From the IMG/VR virus record IMGVR_UViG_3300008108_000036: a DNA stretch of 64,000 bases; one strand, 5' to 3'. Made by a program: the position numbers and the translations under genes. Positions within the stretch are counted from its first letter, which is position 1. Each line of letters starts with the position of its first letter. The notes beneath the pieces are model-generated. The model saw nothing but the letters and a program-made list of their open reading frames with translations. It was not told the origin of the DNA and did no database searches. Shown here one piece after another: positions 10,140 to 20,035 of the stretch. This DNA comes from a virus.

Positions 10140-10517
10140 ATGAAAACTTTTGATCAACTTCTTTTGGAACAAGCATATGAAACAGTAATTTTAAATGAAG
10201 ACCTGTCATCTAAATTGGATAAGCTACAATTAGCTTTAGATCTTGCAGGAATAGAACCGACGGTCGGAACAATTGCTGATGGAGCAAACACAATAATATC
10301 TTCTTTAAGAGCTGCTTCTGCATTAGCTTCAAAAAATAAAGACGAAGCAGCAGAACACGCAATTAATGCAGGCATTTCTATTATATCCATTATCCCTTTT
10401 GCTGATGTGGTGAAATTGCTAAAAGCTCGAAAGTTAAGGAAGCCTGCTCTTTATGCAGCAAAAGCAATAAAGCTTGCTGGTAAAACAGCCAAGGCTCAAA
10501 GAATGTCAAATTATTAA
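10140..10517 (+). CDS. N-tagged protein with pre-toxin (PT-TG)-like helical motif
   Basis: MKTFDQLLLEQAY..ILNE; LDLAGIEPTVGTIADGAN...AGISIISIIPFADVVK. Confidence 0.7.
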   Translation: MKTFDQLLLEQAYETVILNEDLSSKLDKLQLALDLAGIEPTVGTIADGANTIISSLRAASALASKNKDEAAEHAINAGISIISIIPFADVVKLLKARKLRKPALYAAKAIKLAGKTAKAQRMSNY

Positions 10518-10529
10518 ATAAATATGTAT

Positions 10530-10633
10530 AATCTCTCTTGCGAGGTGGCTCCCTTAATAGTCGCGGCTGACCTCGAGCATCTGATAGAGTCTAAACCATC
10601 TATACAGGGGCGAAACGCAAGAGAGATTTTTTA
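10530..10633 (+). ncRNA. candidate small structured RNA
   Basis: perfect 13-bp closing stem 10530-10542/10616-10628, GC-rich interior hairpins, ATAAATA at 10518-10524 just upstream, T-tract downstream. Confidence 0.5.
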
Positions 10634-10742
10634 TTGTTCGCGTGTTGAAAATTTATTAAATTAGCTAATTATAAGCATGTAGATGTAGCTTGTATTACTT
10701 TGGCAACCTAAAAGAGTTATTTCTTTGTTTTGTCAAAGCAAT

Positions 10743-13700
10743 ATGAAGGTAATTTCTAAAATTAACTTAACAATCACCTTTCTGATTGCTTTCTTTTTCT
10801 TTGCTTTTTTTGGTTATTCAGCCAATATGTATTGGACTGGAAATGCTGCTACTGCAAATGTAAACAATAATAGTAATTGGTCGCCGTATTATGGTAACGA
10901 CATAACAGCTGATATTTTTTACTCTGATGCTTCTATACAGTATGTAATGAATTTTAATGCAACAGCTAATTGGACATGGAATAGTATAACATTTAATTGC
11001 GACTCTAATTTTAGCATAAATTATAATGCTAACGTTGGAATTCTTGGTACCGCTGGAGGAGGCGTAATTGCTGCAGCACCAGGCTCTATTGTAAGAACTT
11101 ACTCTATTCTAGATGAATTTAGAGTAACTGCAAATCAAACTTGGGCAACTTCCAACCAATATTCTAAACTTGTTGTAACTCAAGCAAATGGCAATCTTGC
11201 ATTGGGGTCAAACGTGCTAACTTTAAATACTTTTAATAATACTAATTCCACCATTTTTATAGGTTCCGCCATTTCAGGTACTGGTTCAATTATTAAGACA
11301 GGAGGAGGAACAGCTACATTTAATGGTACAAATACGTATAACGGCACTACTACTATTAATGCTGGTACTCTTACTACAGGTGGAGCAAACAAACTTTCTG
11401 ATTCTTCTGACATTATTGTAAATTCTGGAGGCACTCTTACTCTTGGTGGAGCTGACACCGTTGGGATACTTTCAGGTTCTGGAGCAATCTCTATTGGCTC
11501 TAATACGATTACTGTTAGTTCTTCTAACAATGCTACGTTCTCAGGCAATATTACCGGAGCATCAGGAGGTTTTACTAAGTCTGGTACTGGTAATCAAACT
11601 CTTTCTGGCACTGGAAACTCTTGGAATGGAACAACAACGGTAAGCGGAGGAACTCTTCTTCTTTCTGGATCACTTACATCAAATGCTAGTGTCGCAGTGG
11701 GAAGTTCTTCTGGTGCTGTACTAACAATCACTGGCAACCTTAATCAAACAAAAACTGAAGGTGGTCCAAGAGCGTTTCAAATTGCTGCAAATACTGGTTG
11801 GAGCGGTACTGTAAATGTTGATGGAGGAGTTCTAAGAATCGGAACGGGAATGATGCTTGGAGACAACGGAGGCGGAAACGGAACGCTAAATATAACAAGT
11901 GGAACAGTAACAAATTCTGATTTTTGGTTTGCTGGTCCTAATAGCACTCTAACAGTCACAGGAGGAACTTATAATGGAACTGGAACCATTTTTATTGGTG
12001 GAGGAGGAGTTTCTGGATCAACATCAACAAGCAATCTAAACATAAGCGGCAATGGTTCTGTTGTTAGTACTAGAATAAGGTATGGAGACGGAGGAGCAAA
12101 TGCTACTACTATTGTTAACCTTGGAAATGGTTCTGCTGGAGGTTCTCTTTCTATAGCAGCAATGGATCACATTAACGGGTCGAACCACATAATAAACTTT
12201 AATGGAGGAACACTCGTTGCAAACGGGACATTCGGAATGCTTTCTCAAATAACAACTAATATTAAAACAGGAGGAGCAATATTTGATGTAAGCGGATCAA
12301 ATACACTTACTGTCAATAACAACTTATTAACAGATGGAACGGGAGGAGGGCTTACAAAAAACGGTTCGGGAACTCTTACTCTTTCTGGTAACAATACATT
12401 TACAGGAACAATTACTCTAAACAATGGAAGATTGAATATAAATTCTGCTACTGCTATTGGAAATGGAACACTTATTATTAACGGAGGTTCTTTGGATTCT
12501 TCTGGATCTAGCTCTGTGAATTTAACTACAAATAATGCTCAAAATTGGAACGCAGATTTTACTTTTGTGGGAACTAAAGATCTCAATATGGGTAGTGGAG
12601 TAGTTGCGATGAACGCAAATAGGACGGTAACCGTTAGTGGAGGAAATTTAACAATAGGAGGAGCAATTTCAGGAAGTGGATTTAATTTAACAAAAAACGG
12701 AACAGGGAGAATAATTTTAGAAGGAGCTAACTCTTATACTGGAATAACAACAATTAATTCGGGAGTTCTTCGTGTTTCAAACTCTTCAGGACTTGGTACT
12801 ACTACTGGAAATACGACAGTGATTAATGGTGCTGTGTTAGAGATTAGTGGAAACATTTCAATCGGAAATGAAGCCTTGGCTCTTTCTGGAACGGGAATTA
12901 GTTCCGGAGGAGCTCTCCGTAATGTTTCTGGCAATAATTCTTATGCAGGAGCAATAACGTTAGCAGCAACAACACGGATTAATTCTGATAGCGGAGACTT
13001 AATTTTAACTGGAGGAATTACAGGAAATCAAAGTATTGTATTTGGAGGAGCTGGTAATACAACTGTTTCTACAACTGCTATTACCAATGGTGTTGCAGGA
13101 CTAACAAAAGACGGAACAGGAACTTTGACAATTTCAAGTACTGGTAATACTTGGAACGGTCGTACAGAAATTCAAAACGGAGTTGTTAATTTAACTGGAA
13201 GTTTGACATTTAATGGCACGACGTTCCTAGCTGGACATTCATCGAGCAATTCCGTTTTAAACATCACAGGAACGTTAGCATTAACAAATACAGCTTCTAC
13301 AAACCGTCAATTTCAAATTGCACAAGGAGGCTCTCATGTTGGAGTAGTTAATGTTAGTGGATCTGGCAATTTAACTATTGCTAATGGATGGATGTTGGGA
13401 GAGAATGGTGGAGGAACCAGCACTTTAAATGTGTTGGGAGGTATTGTAAACAACGGAGGACAGACTTGGTTTTCGGGAGCCAACAGCACTCTTAATATTA
13501 GTGGAGGATTTTACAATTCGAGTGGAAAAGTTGTATATTTTGGTGGTGGGAGTGGAAATACTAACAGCACTATAACGGTAAGTGGTAGTGGTTATATGGA
13601 AGCTTCTACCATTCAATTTGGGGCGGGTGGTGCTGGAGCGATAACTACTATTAATCTTGGAAATGGATCAGTTGGAGGTAATCTTTCAGTAACGGGATTA

Positions 13701-15059
13701 GGGTATAGCAATGGTGCTCATACTATCAATTTCAATGGTGGCACATTAACTGCTAATAGTAATTTGTCTATGATAACTCAAGCAACAACCGTTGTAAAGT
13801 CTGGAGGAGCATTTATAAATGTTAACTCGGGATTTACGTTCACTATCAGCAACAATCTTACTACTGACGGTTCAGGTGGAGGTCTTACAAAAAACGGCAA
13901 CGGCACGTTAGTTATTTCTGGAGTTGGAAACAATTACACTGGAACTACTACAATCAATTCGGGTACACTAACCTTTGGTGCCAATCAAACTATCGGTTCT
14001 GTTGCTGGGATAGGAGGAACGTTAAACCTGTCTAGTTTTAATTTAGTATCAAACGCTTTGAGTAATACTACATTTTCTGGCAACATTATTGGTACAGGAT
14101 TTTTTACGAAAAATGGTAGCGGAACTCTTATTCTTTCTGGTAGCAACTCTTATTCTGGAGGAACGACAATCAAACAAGGAACCATTTCTATTGGACATGC
14201 AAACGGATTAGGAACTTCCGGTAATATTAGTTTTACAGGAGGAGCAATAAAATATGAAAATGGTATAGTTCAAGATTTTTCTTTAAGAATAAAAAACAGT
14301 TCTTCTGATGTTAATATAAACACTAATGGAGGCAATATAACATTTGCAAATAATTTAGACCAAACAAACAGTGGAGGATTAACAAAAAGCGGTAACGGCA
14401 CTTTAACTCTTTCTGGAAATAATTCTTACTCTGGAACAACAACAGTAAATGGCGGAACTCTTAAGGTTAATCATATTAAAGCTTTAGGAAATAGCACAAC
14501 CGTGAACGTTAATGGAGGAACTTTATTAGTTGGAATAGACGACTCAATTAATGGTGTGCAAATAACATTAAATGGAACAACCTCAGCATTTGCAACTTTG
14601 GCTTTTAATGGAAATTATAACGGAACAATTAATACATTAACTCTTCAAGCCGATTCCATACTTGATCTCGGAGCAGAGTCAGTAACAGCTATAATCAATT
14701 CTATTATTAATATAGATCAATATATTTTGAAAGTTTATAGTTGGACCGGTACAACTCTTTCAGAAGGAGGAAATGGAAATGATGTAGATCGTTTATTATT
14801 CGGTCGTTCATTAACTGCAGTAGAACTTAATAATCTCCGATTTTATGGAGACTCATTCGGAAACGATTTTCTCGGTTCTGGTTATGAGATTGGGTTTCAG
14901 AATGGTTTTGCTCACGTCATTCCTGTACCAGAACTAAAAACTTATGTTACGGGAATATTGCTTCTTGTTTTTGGAGCTGTTTGGTTGTTTCAAAAAAAAA
15001 GTTTTAAATTTTCTATCAGCCGAAACGTTTTTTTAAAACAAAAAAAAAAAAAATTATAG
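10743..15059 (+). CDS. autotransporter-associated beta-strand repeat protein with PEP-CTERM-like sorting signal (Verrucomicrobia type)
   Basis: signal peptide from ATG 10743; many LTKxGxGTLTLSGxNTYxGxTTxNxG repeats; ends VIPVPELKTY + TM helix + basic tail. Confidence 0.85.
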   Translation: MKVISKINLTITFLIAFFFFAFFGYSANMYWTGNAATANVNNNSNWSPYYGNDITADIFYSDASIQYVMNFNATANWTWNSITFNCDSNFSINYNANVGILGTAGGGVIAAAPGSIVRTYSILDEFRVTANQTWATSNQYSKLVVTQANGNLALGSNVLTLNTFNNTNSTIFIGSAISGTGSIIKTGGGTATFNGTNTYNGTTTINAGTLTTGGANKLSDSSDIIVNSGGTLTLGGADTVGILSGSGAISIGSNTITVSSSNNATFSGNITGASGGFTKSGTGNQTLSGTGNSWNGTTTVSGGTLLLSGSLTSNASVAVGSSSGAVLTITGNLNQTKTEGGPRAFQIAANTGWSGTVNVDGGVLRIGTGMMLGDNGGGNGTLNITSGTVTNSDFWFAGPNSTLTVTGGTYNGTGTIFIGGGGVSGSTSTSNLNISGNGSVVSTRIRYGDGGANATTIVNLGNGSAGGSLSIAAMDHINGSNHIINFNGGTLVANGTFGMLSQITTNIKTGGAIFDVSGSNTLTVNNNLLTDGTGGGLTKNGSGTLTLSGNNTFTGTITLNNGRLNINSATAIGNGTLIINGGSLDSSGSSSVNLTTNNAQNWNADFTFVGTKDLNMGSGVVAMNANRTVTVSGGNLTIGGAISGSGFNLTKNGTGRIILEGANSYTGITTINSGVLRVSNSSGLGTTTGNTTVINGAVLEISGNISIGNEALALSGTGISSGGALRNVSGNNSYAGAITLAATTRINSDSGDLILTGGITGNQSIVFGGAGNTTVSTTAITNGVAGLTKDGTGTLTISSTGNTWNGRTEIQNGVVNLTGSLTFNGTTFLAGHSSSNSVLNITGTLALTNTASTNRQFQIAQGGSHVGVVNVSGSGNLTIANGWMLGENGGGTSTLNVLGGIVNNGGQTWFSGANSTLNISGGFYNSSGKVVYFGGGSGNTNSTITVSGSGYMEASTIQFGAGGAGAITTINLGNGSVGGNLSVTGLGYSNGAHTINFNGGTLTANSNLSMITQATTVVKSGGAFINVNSGFTFTISNNLTTDGSGGGLTKNGNGTLVISGVGNNYTGTTTINSGTLTFGANQTIGSVAGIGGTLNLSSFNLVSNALSNTTFSGNIIGTGFFTKNGSGTLILSGSNSYSGGTTIKQGTISIGHANGLGTSGNISFTGGAIKYENGIVQDFSLRIKNSSSDVNINTNGGNITFANNLDQTNSGGLTKSGNGTLTLSGNNSYSGTTTVNGGTLKVNHIKALGNSTTVNVNGGTLLVGIDDSINGVQITLNGTTSAFATLAFNGNYNGTINTLTLQADSILDLGAESVTAIINSIINIDQYILKVYSWTGTTLSEGGNGNDVDRLLFGRSLTAVELNNLRFYGDSFGNDFLGSGYEIGFQNGFAHVIPVPELKTYVTGILLLVFGAVWLFQKKSFKFSISRNVFLKQKKKKL

Positions 15060-15104
15060 AAGAAGAATGATTGTTTACAGATAAAGTCAAATTCGTAAAT
15101 ATCT

Positions 15105-15170
15105 ATGAAGACTTTTGATAATATGACTGTTATATATGAAAGAAGAGAAATGCTGTTGTTTATTTTTTAA
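15105..15170 (+). pseudogene. decayed N-tag gene start (MKTFDNMTVIYE...)
   Basis: atgaagacttttgat resembles the start of 10140; GTAAATA upstream; stops after 21 codons. Confidence 0.35.
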
Positions 15171-15181
15171 AAAACACTAAA

Positions 15182-16666
15182 ATGCTACAGTCTATGCAAC
15201 CCTTTGAAAAACTTTTTAACGATACTTCTCTCGACATTCAACATGTAATAAATCAAAATATATCTGCGTTGCGAGCAAATAGCTCTCAATTAATTGCTTT
15301 AATTGACGAGCAACCCAAAGAAAATATAATAACGTTGCTCGTAATCGGTTGTATAGCAAAACAATTGAATAAACCAGAAGTAGTAGAGCTAGCTTTACAG
15401 AAATGCAAACATTTCAGCAATAATTATAAAGAAGACAATGTGAGAGTTACCCATGAAGAGTTAAATCTTTGGTTAACTCAAAAAGTTGAAGAACGGTCTA
15501 CAAAAGGTCAAAATCAAATTAAAGAAATTCAAATTCGACAGGCAACACTGCCGGTTCTTCAGCCAAAAGGAGACCAAAGTGATGTTGATGCCGTTGCGGA
15601 AGTTATTAAATCGGGTTGGTGGGGTAAAGGACCTAAAGTGGATCAATTAGAAAAAGAATTTGCACGATTAGTAGGAGCTAAATATGCTGTAGCCGTAACT
15701 AGTAATTCACATGGACAGGATTTAATAATGAAAGCATTAGGTATTAAAAATAGAGATGTTGTTAACCCAACAATATCGTTTATGGCTACAGCCATGATTC
15801 CCCTTTGGAATGATTGTACCACTAATGTTGTTGATGTCGATCCATATAGCATGAATATTGATCCCGCTGATGTCAGAAAACACTTAACCCCTAAATCTGA
15901 TGTACTAATAGCTGTAAACCATTCAGGGGTACCTGCTCCAATTGATGATATTAGAAAATTTTACGATGGATTTATCATTGAAGACTGTGCTCACAGCTGC
16001 TATACTCCAGGGGCTGGATTAAAGGGGGATGCTGCAGTTTGGTCGTTTCAAGCTGTAAAGACTATGCCAAGCGGCGATGGTGGAATGATAACCCTTAATG
16101 ACGAAAAATTATATAATAAGTTAAAAGAAATGACTTGGTTTGGAGTTTCATCTACATTTTCTAGAGTTAATAAAAACGATGGTGTGACTGGTAAACCAGG
16201 TTATACTTGGGATTATGAAGTAGATAAAGTAGGCTATAAATGTTATATGATTGATTTAACAGCTGCTTTATGTTTGTCGCAATTGAAAAAACTTCCAGCT
16301 ATGTTGGAATGGAGACGTCATATTCAAGCTCGTTATAATGCAGAACTATGTGAAGCTGTTACCAGACCACCTATTAGTAATACAGTTCAGCATTATTGCG
16401 CTAAGGTGCCATCCGAACAGAGATGCGACTTAATGGATTATTTGGCAGACAAGAAAATTCACACATCAGTTCATTATAAACCATTACATACATATGAAGT
16501 TATTCAAAAACACTTAACATATAAGGGTAGGTCTTATAATGTAGCTGATCAAGAATGGTTGAAATTATTATCCTTACCAGTTCACAACGCTATGAGCGAA
16601 GATGATATTGATTATGTTATTTTTTGGGTTAATAAATATTTTCAGGAAAAAAATACAAAATTATGA
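15182..16666 (+). CDS. DegT/DnrJ/EryC1/StrS PLP-dependent sugar aminotransferase with N-terminal extension
   Basis: IIEDCAHS, SFQAVKTMPSGDGGMI, LSLPVH. Confidence 0.9.
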   Translation: MLQSMQPFEKLFNDTSLDIQHVINQNISALRANSSQLIALIDEQPKENIITLLVIGCIAKQLNKPEVVELALQKCKHFSNNYKEDNVRVTHEELNLWLTQKVEERSTKGQNQIKEIQIRQATLPVLQPKGDQSDVDAVAEVIKSGWWGKGPKVDQLEKEFARLVGAKYAVAVTSNSHGQDLIMKALGIKNRDVVNPTISFMATAMIPLWNDCTTNVVDVDPYSMNIDPADVRKHLTPKSDVLIAVNHSGVPAPIDDIRKFYDGFIIEDCAHSCYTPGAGLKGDAAVWSFQAVKTMPSGDGGMITLNDEKLYNKLKEMTWFGVSSTFSRVNKNDGVTGKPGYTWDYEVDKVGYKCYMIDLTAALCLSQLKKLPAMLEWRRHIQARYNAELCEAVTRPPISNTVQHYCAKVPSEQRCDLMDYLADKKIHTSVHYKPLHTYEVIQKHLTYKGRSYNVADQEWLKLLSLPVHNAMSEDDIDYVIFWVNKYFQEKNTKL

Positions 16667-16904
16667 ACTGTGTTAATTTATTCGTTTTATTAATCTGCAA
16701 GTTTAAGACCTTATGCTGCTGGTTGTAGTCTAAGTTTACAATCAGTTAAGAAACCGCCTCCATTGTATGCTCACTACCAATTAACTCCTATTAATATACC
16801 AACAAGTAAGCTGAAAAATGCATATTTCGTGGCTTTAACTATTTTCTTTAAATTTGTTTAAACACAACAAAAAAGTAAATTTTAATTGTTAGTAAAAGCT
16901 CAAA

Positions 16905-17798
16905 TTACCAAATGTTATCTTGATTCATTCTATTATAAAACAATTCAGCATATAAGCTGCAATAAGCAGGAGCGAAATGGACCATGTCTCTAGCTCTCTC
17001 TATCTCCCAGCTTGTTAAATATTTATATTTATTATCGTTAAAAGTTCCAACAAAAGATTCAAAAGATAACGTACAAGCTTGATACATTTTTAAAAAGTTT
17101 GGATCCCAAGCTAATGTATAACATTTTATGTTATTTGCTTTACACACATTTTCTATAAACAATATATTTTTAATAAAATTATAATAGGAATTTGGCTCAT
17201 TAGCTAATCTATTATAAGCTTCCCAATCATCCTTATTGTGTTTGCAACCGTATTTAGCATATTCTTGCATTATGTTACTTCCAGAATTATCGATCATTTC
17301 ACGTCTAAATACATCAGGCAACAAGCAACATACAGCTAAAGGTTTATTGTTTAATAAGTAGTTATAGACAAGACGTGAAATCTTATCACTAGAAGCTCCG
17401 CTTATACCATAATTTTTTACTAATATTTTATTATCTGTTAGTTCTTTTAGTTTATAAGGCCAGGTATCTTCATATTTTAGTCCTACTCCAAATGTTTGAC
17501 TGCAACCAAAACAGGCTACTGTATTAGCAATTGAATTTGAGTTTAAGTCTTCTTCAGAATGACCTCTAAACATAGAATGATCAAAGCAATATGTTATAGA
17601 TGTAGCAGTATATCCAGGAGGGTTGTTTTTAATAAACGCTTCTTCACTATCTGTATATGCCCAATATACTGTATGTTTAAATCGATCGTGAAAATTAATT
17701 TTATTATTCCAATAATTTAAAGCTTCTTCATACTTGTTATCAGTATTAGCTAAAATCCAATCAGATGTTTTATCTAAAATTTTTTTAATAAAAGACAT
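16905..17798 (-). CDS. SGNH/GDSL-like hydrolase-fold protein
   Basis: FGCSQTFGVG, NYGISGAS, DMVH. Confidence 0.6.
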   Translation of the reverse strand: MSFIKKILDKTSDWILANTDNKYEEALNYWNNKINFHDRFKHTVYWAYTDSEEAFIKNNPPGYTATSITYCFDHSMFRGHSEEDLNSNSIANTVACFGCSQTFGVGLKYEDTWPYKLKELTDNKILVKNYGISGASSDKISRLVYNYLLNNKPLAVCCLLPDVFRREMIDNSGSNIMQEYAKYGCKHNKDDWEAYNRLANEPNSYYNFIKNILFIENVCKANNIKCYTLAWDPNFLKMYQACTLSFESFVGTFNDNKYKYLTSWEIERARDMVHFAPAYCSLYAELFYNRMNQDNIW

Positions 17799-17944
17799 AT
17801 GTTTTATTTAATAAATAAATTTATCATTTTTTTGTAATAATTTGCGTCTTATCCACATAATACATTTTTTCCAAAGCTTTTTCATATTTAATATTTATGT
17901 TTTTAACATTTTTTTTTTATTTTAATACCTTTATTGAAATGAAG

Positions 17945-18011
17945 AAATTAGATTTTTCTGAGAAATTTGTTCGTATACTTGTTTCAACAAAATTTGATCT
18001 TTAATTTTCTT
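17945..18011 (-). pseudogene. orphan N-tag remnant (KIKDQILLKQVYEQISQ), start codon lost
   Basis: DNA closely matches 6848-6899; AAG in place of ATG. Confidence 0.65.
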
Positions 18012-18098
18012 TTATATAATTACTACAATTAAAAAAAATAAATTATGTAGCTTTTAGATTGTTTAGCATATATAGTTGGTTTAACCGTAACATACAGT

Positions 18099-19190
18099 AT
18101 GAATAAAATACAATTATACAATCAGGTTTCAGTATTTAATGAAGAATCCCAAGAAACAATTGTTGCTGGTCAGTATTTTCCAGGTGTAACGAAAATTGTT
18201 GTAACTTCAGAATCTTGTAAAGAGTATAGAATTGTATTCTGCAGCTACAGAACTGATTTTTATATTATATTTAATAAAAAAATAAATTCACTTCAAAAAC
18301 TTACGTTTAGTTTTGAATTTGACTCAAAAGCTTATATTGAAGAATTTGTCAATGTGGCTCTTACATTTCCTTTTGATGAAATTGACCTTAATTTAAGCAG
18401 ACGTCACTCAGCAGTTATAAGCACTATATGTAAAGATTACTCGTTTCGATTAAAAGAATGGATAGAATATAATTTAAAGTTGGGATTTAGCGGCATTGTT
18501 GTTTTTGATAACGATTTTAATGAACAAAATCCGATTAACGAAAAACGAAAAATTAATAGAAAGTGGTTGCATCCTCCGTTAATACCAACTAAAGAAGTTT
18601 GCTTAGAATATAAGCATAAAGTTCATGTTATTAATTTTCCATATAAACCATTTAATGTACATGCAGATAACCCAAATTATTTTAACTCAGGCCATTGGAA
18701 TGTCATTCAAAGAATAACTTTATGCTTAGGAGTTATAGGTCTTAGAACAAAATGTAAACACATAGCTTTAATTGACCCAGATGAATTTTTATATATGCCT
18801 AAAAGCCCATTGCAGTCAATTGAAACTTTTCTTTCTGAGTTGAACTCTATTAGAATACAACACTGCTATATTACAAATCAAGGATATGAAGATTTTGTGA
18901 ATAATAACGCTTTAAAATTAGCAACATTTACCAATCCTTTAACTGAAAAAGATGACGTTACGAATCCAGACACCATTGAAGGATGTAAAGTAATTTTATC
19001 ATCAAACGTTATTGAGCCTGAAGAATTTATATTGACCCCTCATACTCACAAATCTTGTCATACACAAATAGCAAAAGTGTCCGACATAGTTTGCTACCAT
19101 TGTTGGTTGAATGGTAGAACGCAATACACACCGGATATGCGGAAATTTGACGGTTTAAATGACGTGCTTCGCTCAAAATCTATTAATTAA
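18099..19190 (+). CDS. glycosyltransferase (GT92/GT2-like)
   Basis: ICKD..RLKEWIEYN.KLGF..IVVFDND; IDPDEF. Confidence 0.7.
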   Translation: MNKIQLYNQVSVFNEESQETIVAGQYFPGVTKIVVTSESCKEYRIVFCSYRTDFYIIFNKKINSLQKLTFSFEFDSKAYIEEFVNVALTFPFDEIDLNLSRRHSAVISTICKDYSFRLKEWIEYNLKLGFSGIVVFDNDFNEQNPINEKRKINRKWLHPPLIPTKEVCLEYKHKVHVINFPYKPFNVHADNPNYFNSGHWNVIQRITLCLGVIGLRTKCKHIALIDPDEFLYMPKSPLQSIETFLSELNSIRIQHCYITNQGYEDFVNNNALKLATFTNPLTEKDDVTNPDTIEGCKVILSSNVIEPEEFILTPHTHKSCHTQIAKVSDIVCYHCWLNGRTQYTPDMRKFDGLNDVLRSKSIN

Positions 19191-19196
19191 ATTCAA

Positions 19197-19976
19197 ATGT
19201 CAAGTCGATCAAAATGTGTATGCGTCGTTTCCCATCACTTCCATATAGAATGGATAAAATTTTTAAACACGTTCAAAACTTACGACACTTATTTTGTAGT
19301 AGATGATAATAAACAACATTTTAATTATTTGCAAAAAAAATATCCTGCTGTAAAAATATTACAAATGGAATCTAGTAATTGCGAAATTAGCGGATTTAAA
19401 AATTTAATTGCTGATGTTTATCCGAAAAAGACTGTATCAGCTTGGGAAAAGGCTATTTATTATTTTTCTCAGATTAATAGAGAATACGAGTTTATATGGT
19501 TTTTTGAAGCTGATACATTTTTTTATAACGAACAGACATTAGAACAAATAGACGACAAACACCAAACTGAGGATTTACTTTCTCGTTATGTTTTTTGCAA
19601 TGAACATGGAACAACAGATCCAAAGGATTGGAGATGGTTTAATATACACAACGTGACTCCTATTAAGCTAGCACCACCTTGGTATGGAACTTTACCTGGA
19701 GCTCTCAGAATGTCGAGTCGTTTGTTGTGCCGCATAGCTGACTACGCTAAAGTATATGGTACTCTTTTTTATTTAGAAGCAGCATTTCCAACGATTTGTT
19801 TATCCAATAAACTAAGCCACCGAGCCATAGAAGAATGTTTTTATGTATGGTGGTTACCAACTAGAACAATAGAAAACCGACAAGTACTCATTAAAGAACA
19901 AGTAAATAAAACTGGGTTTTTTCATCCAATTAAATGCATTGAAGCACACGAAAGTTTGAGAAAAACCTTAATTTAG
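19197..19976 (+). CDS. putative glycosyltransferase-like protein
   Basis: AWEKAIYYF, FIWFFEAD, LFYLEA.FPT, FHPIK. Confidence 0.55.
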   Translation: MSSRSKCVCVVSHHFHIEWIKFLNTFKTYDTYFVVDDNKQHFNYLQKKYPAVKILQMESSNCEISGFKNLIADVYPKKTVSAWEKAIYYFSQINREYEFIWFFEADTFFYNEQTLEQIDDKHQTEDLLSRYVFCNEHGTTDPKDWRWFNIHNVTPIKLAPPWYGTLPGALRMSSRLLCRIADYAKVYGTLFYLEAAFPTICLSNKLSHRAIEECFYVWWLPTRTIENRQVLIKEQVNKTGFFHPIKCIEAHESLRKTLI

Positions 19977-20035
19977 ATACGGTATCACGTCGAATGTTTT
20001 AAAAAAATTCACAGTTAATTTCATAAATACCTGTT

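Noticed and set aside
10580-10616. Hammerhead or HDV-like ribozyme assignment
   Set aside because: CUGAUAGA/GAAA and GGCGAA are present, but I could not fit the required stem topology
11180-13616. Several antisense or alternate-frame ORFs inside the large repeat gene (also those at 1806, 7110, 10154, 29760, 50138, 52393, 57764, 58176)
   Set aside because: Shadow ORFs of well-supported genes
14992-15053. Poly-A runs as a phase-variation switch
   Set aside because: They lie after the TM helix in the basic tail, so slippage would change only the last residues
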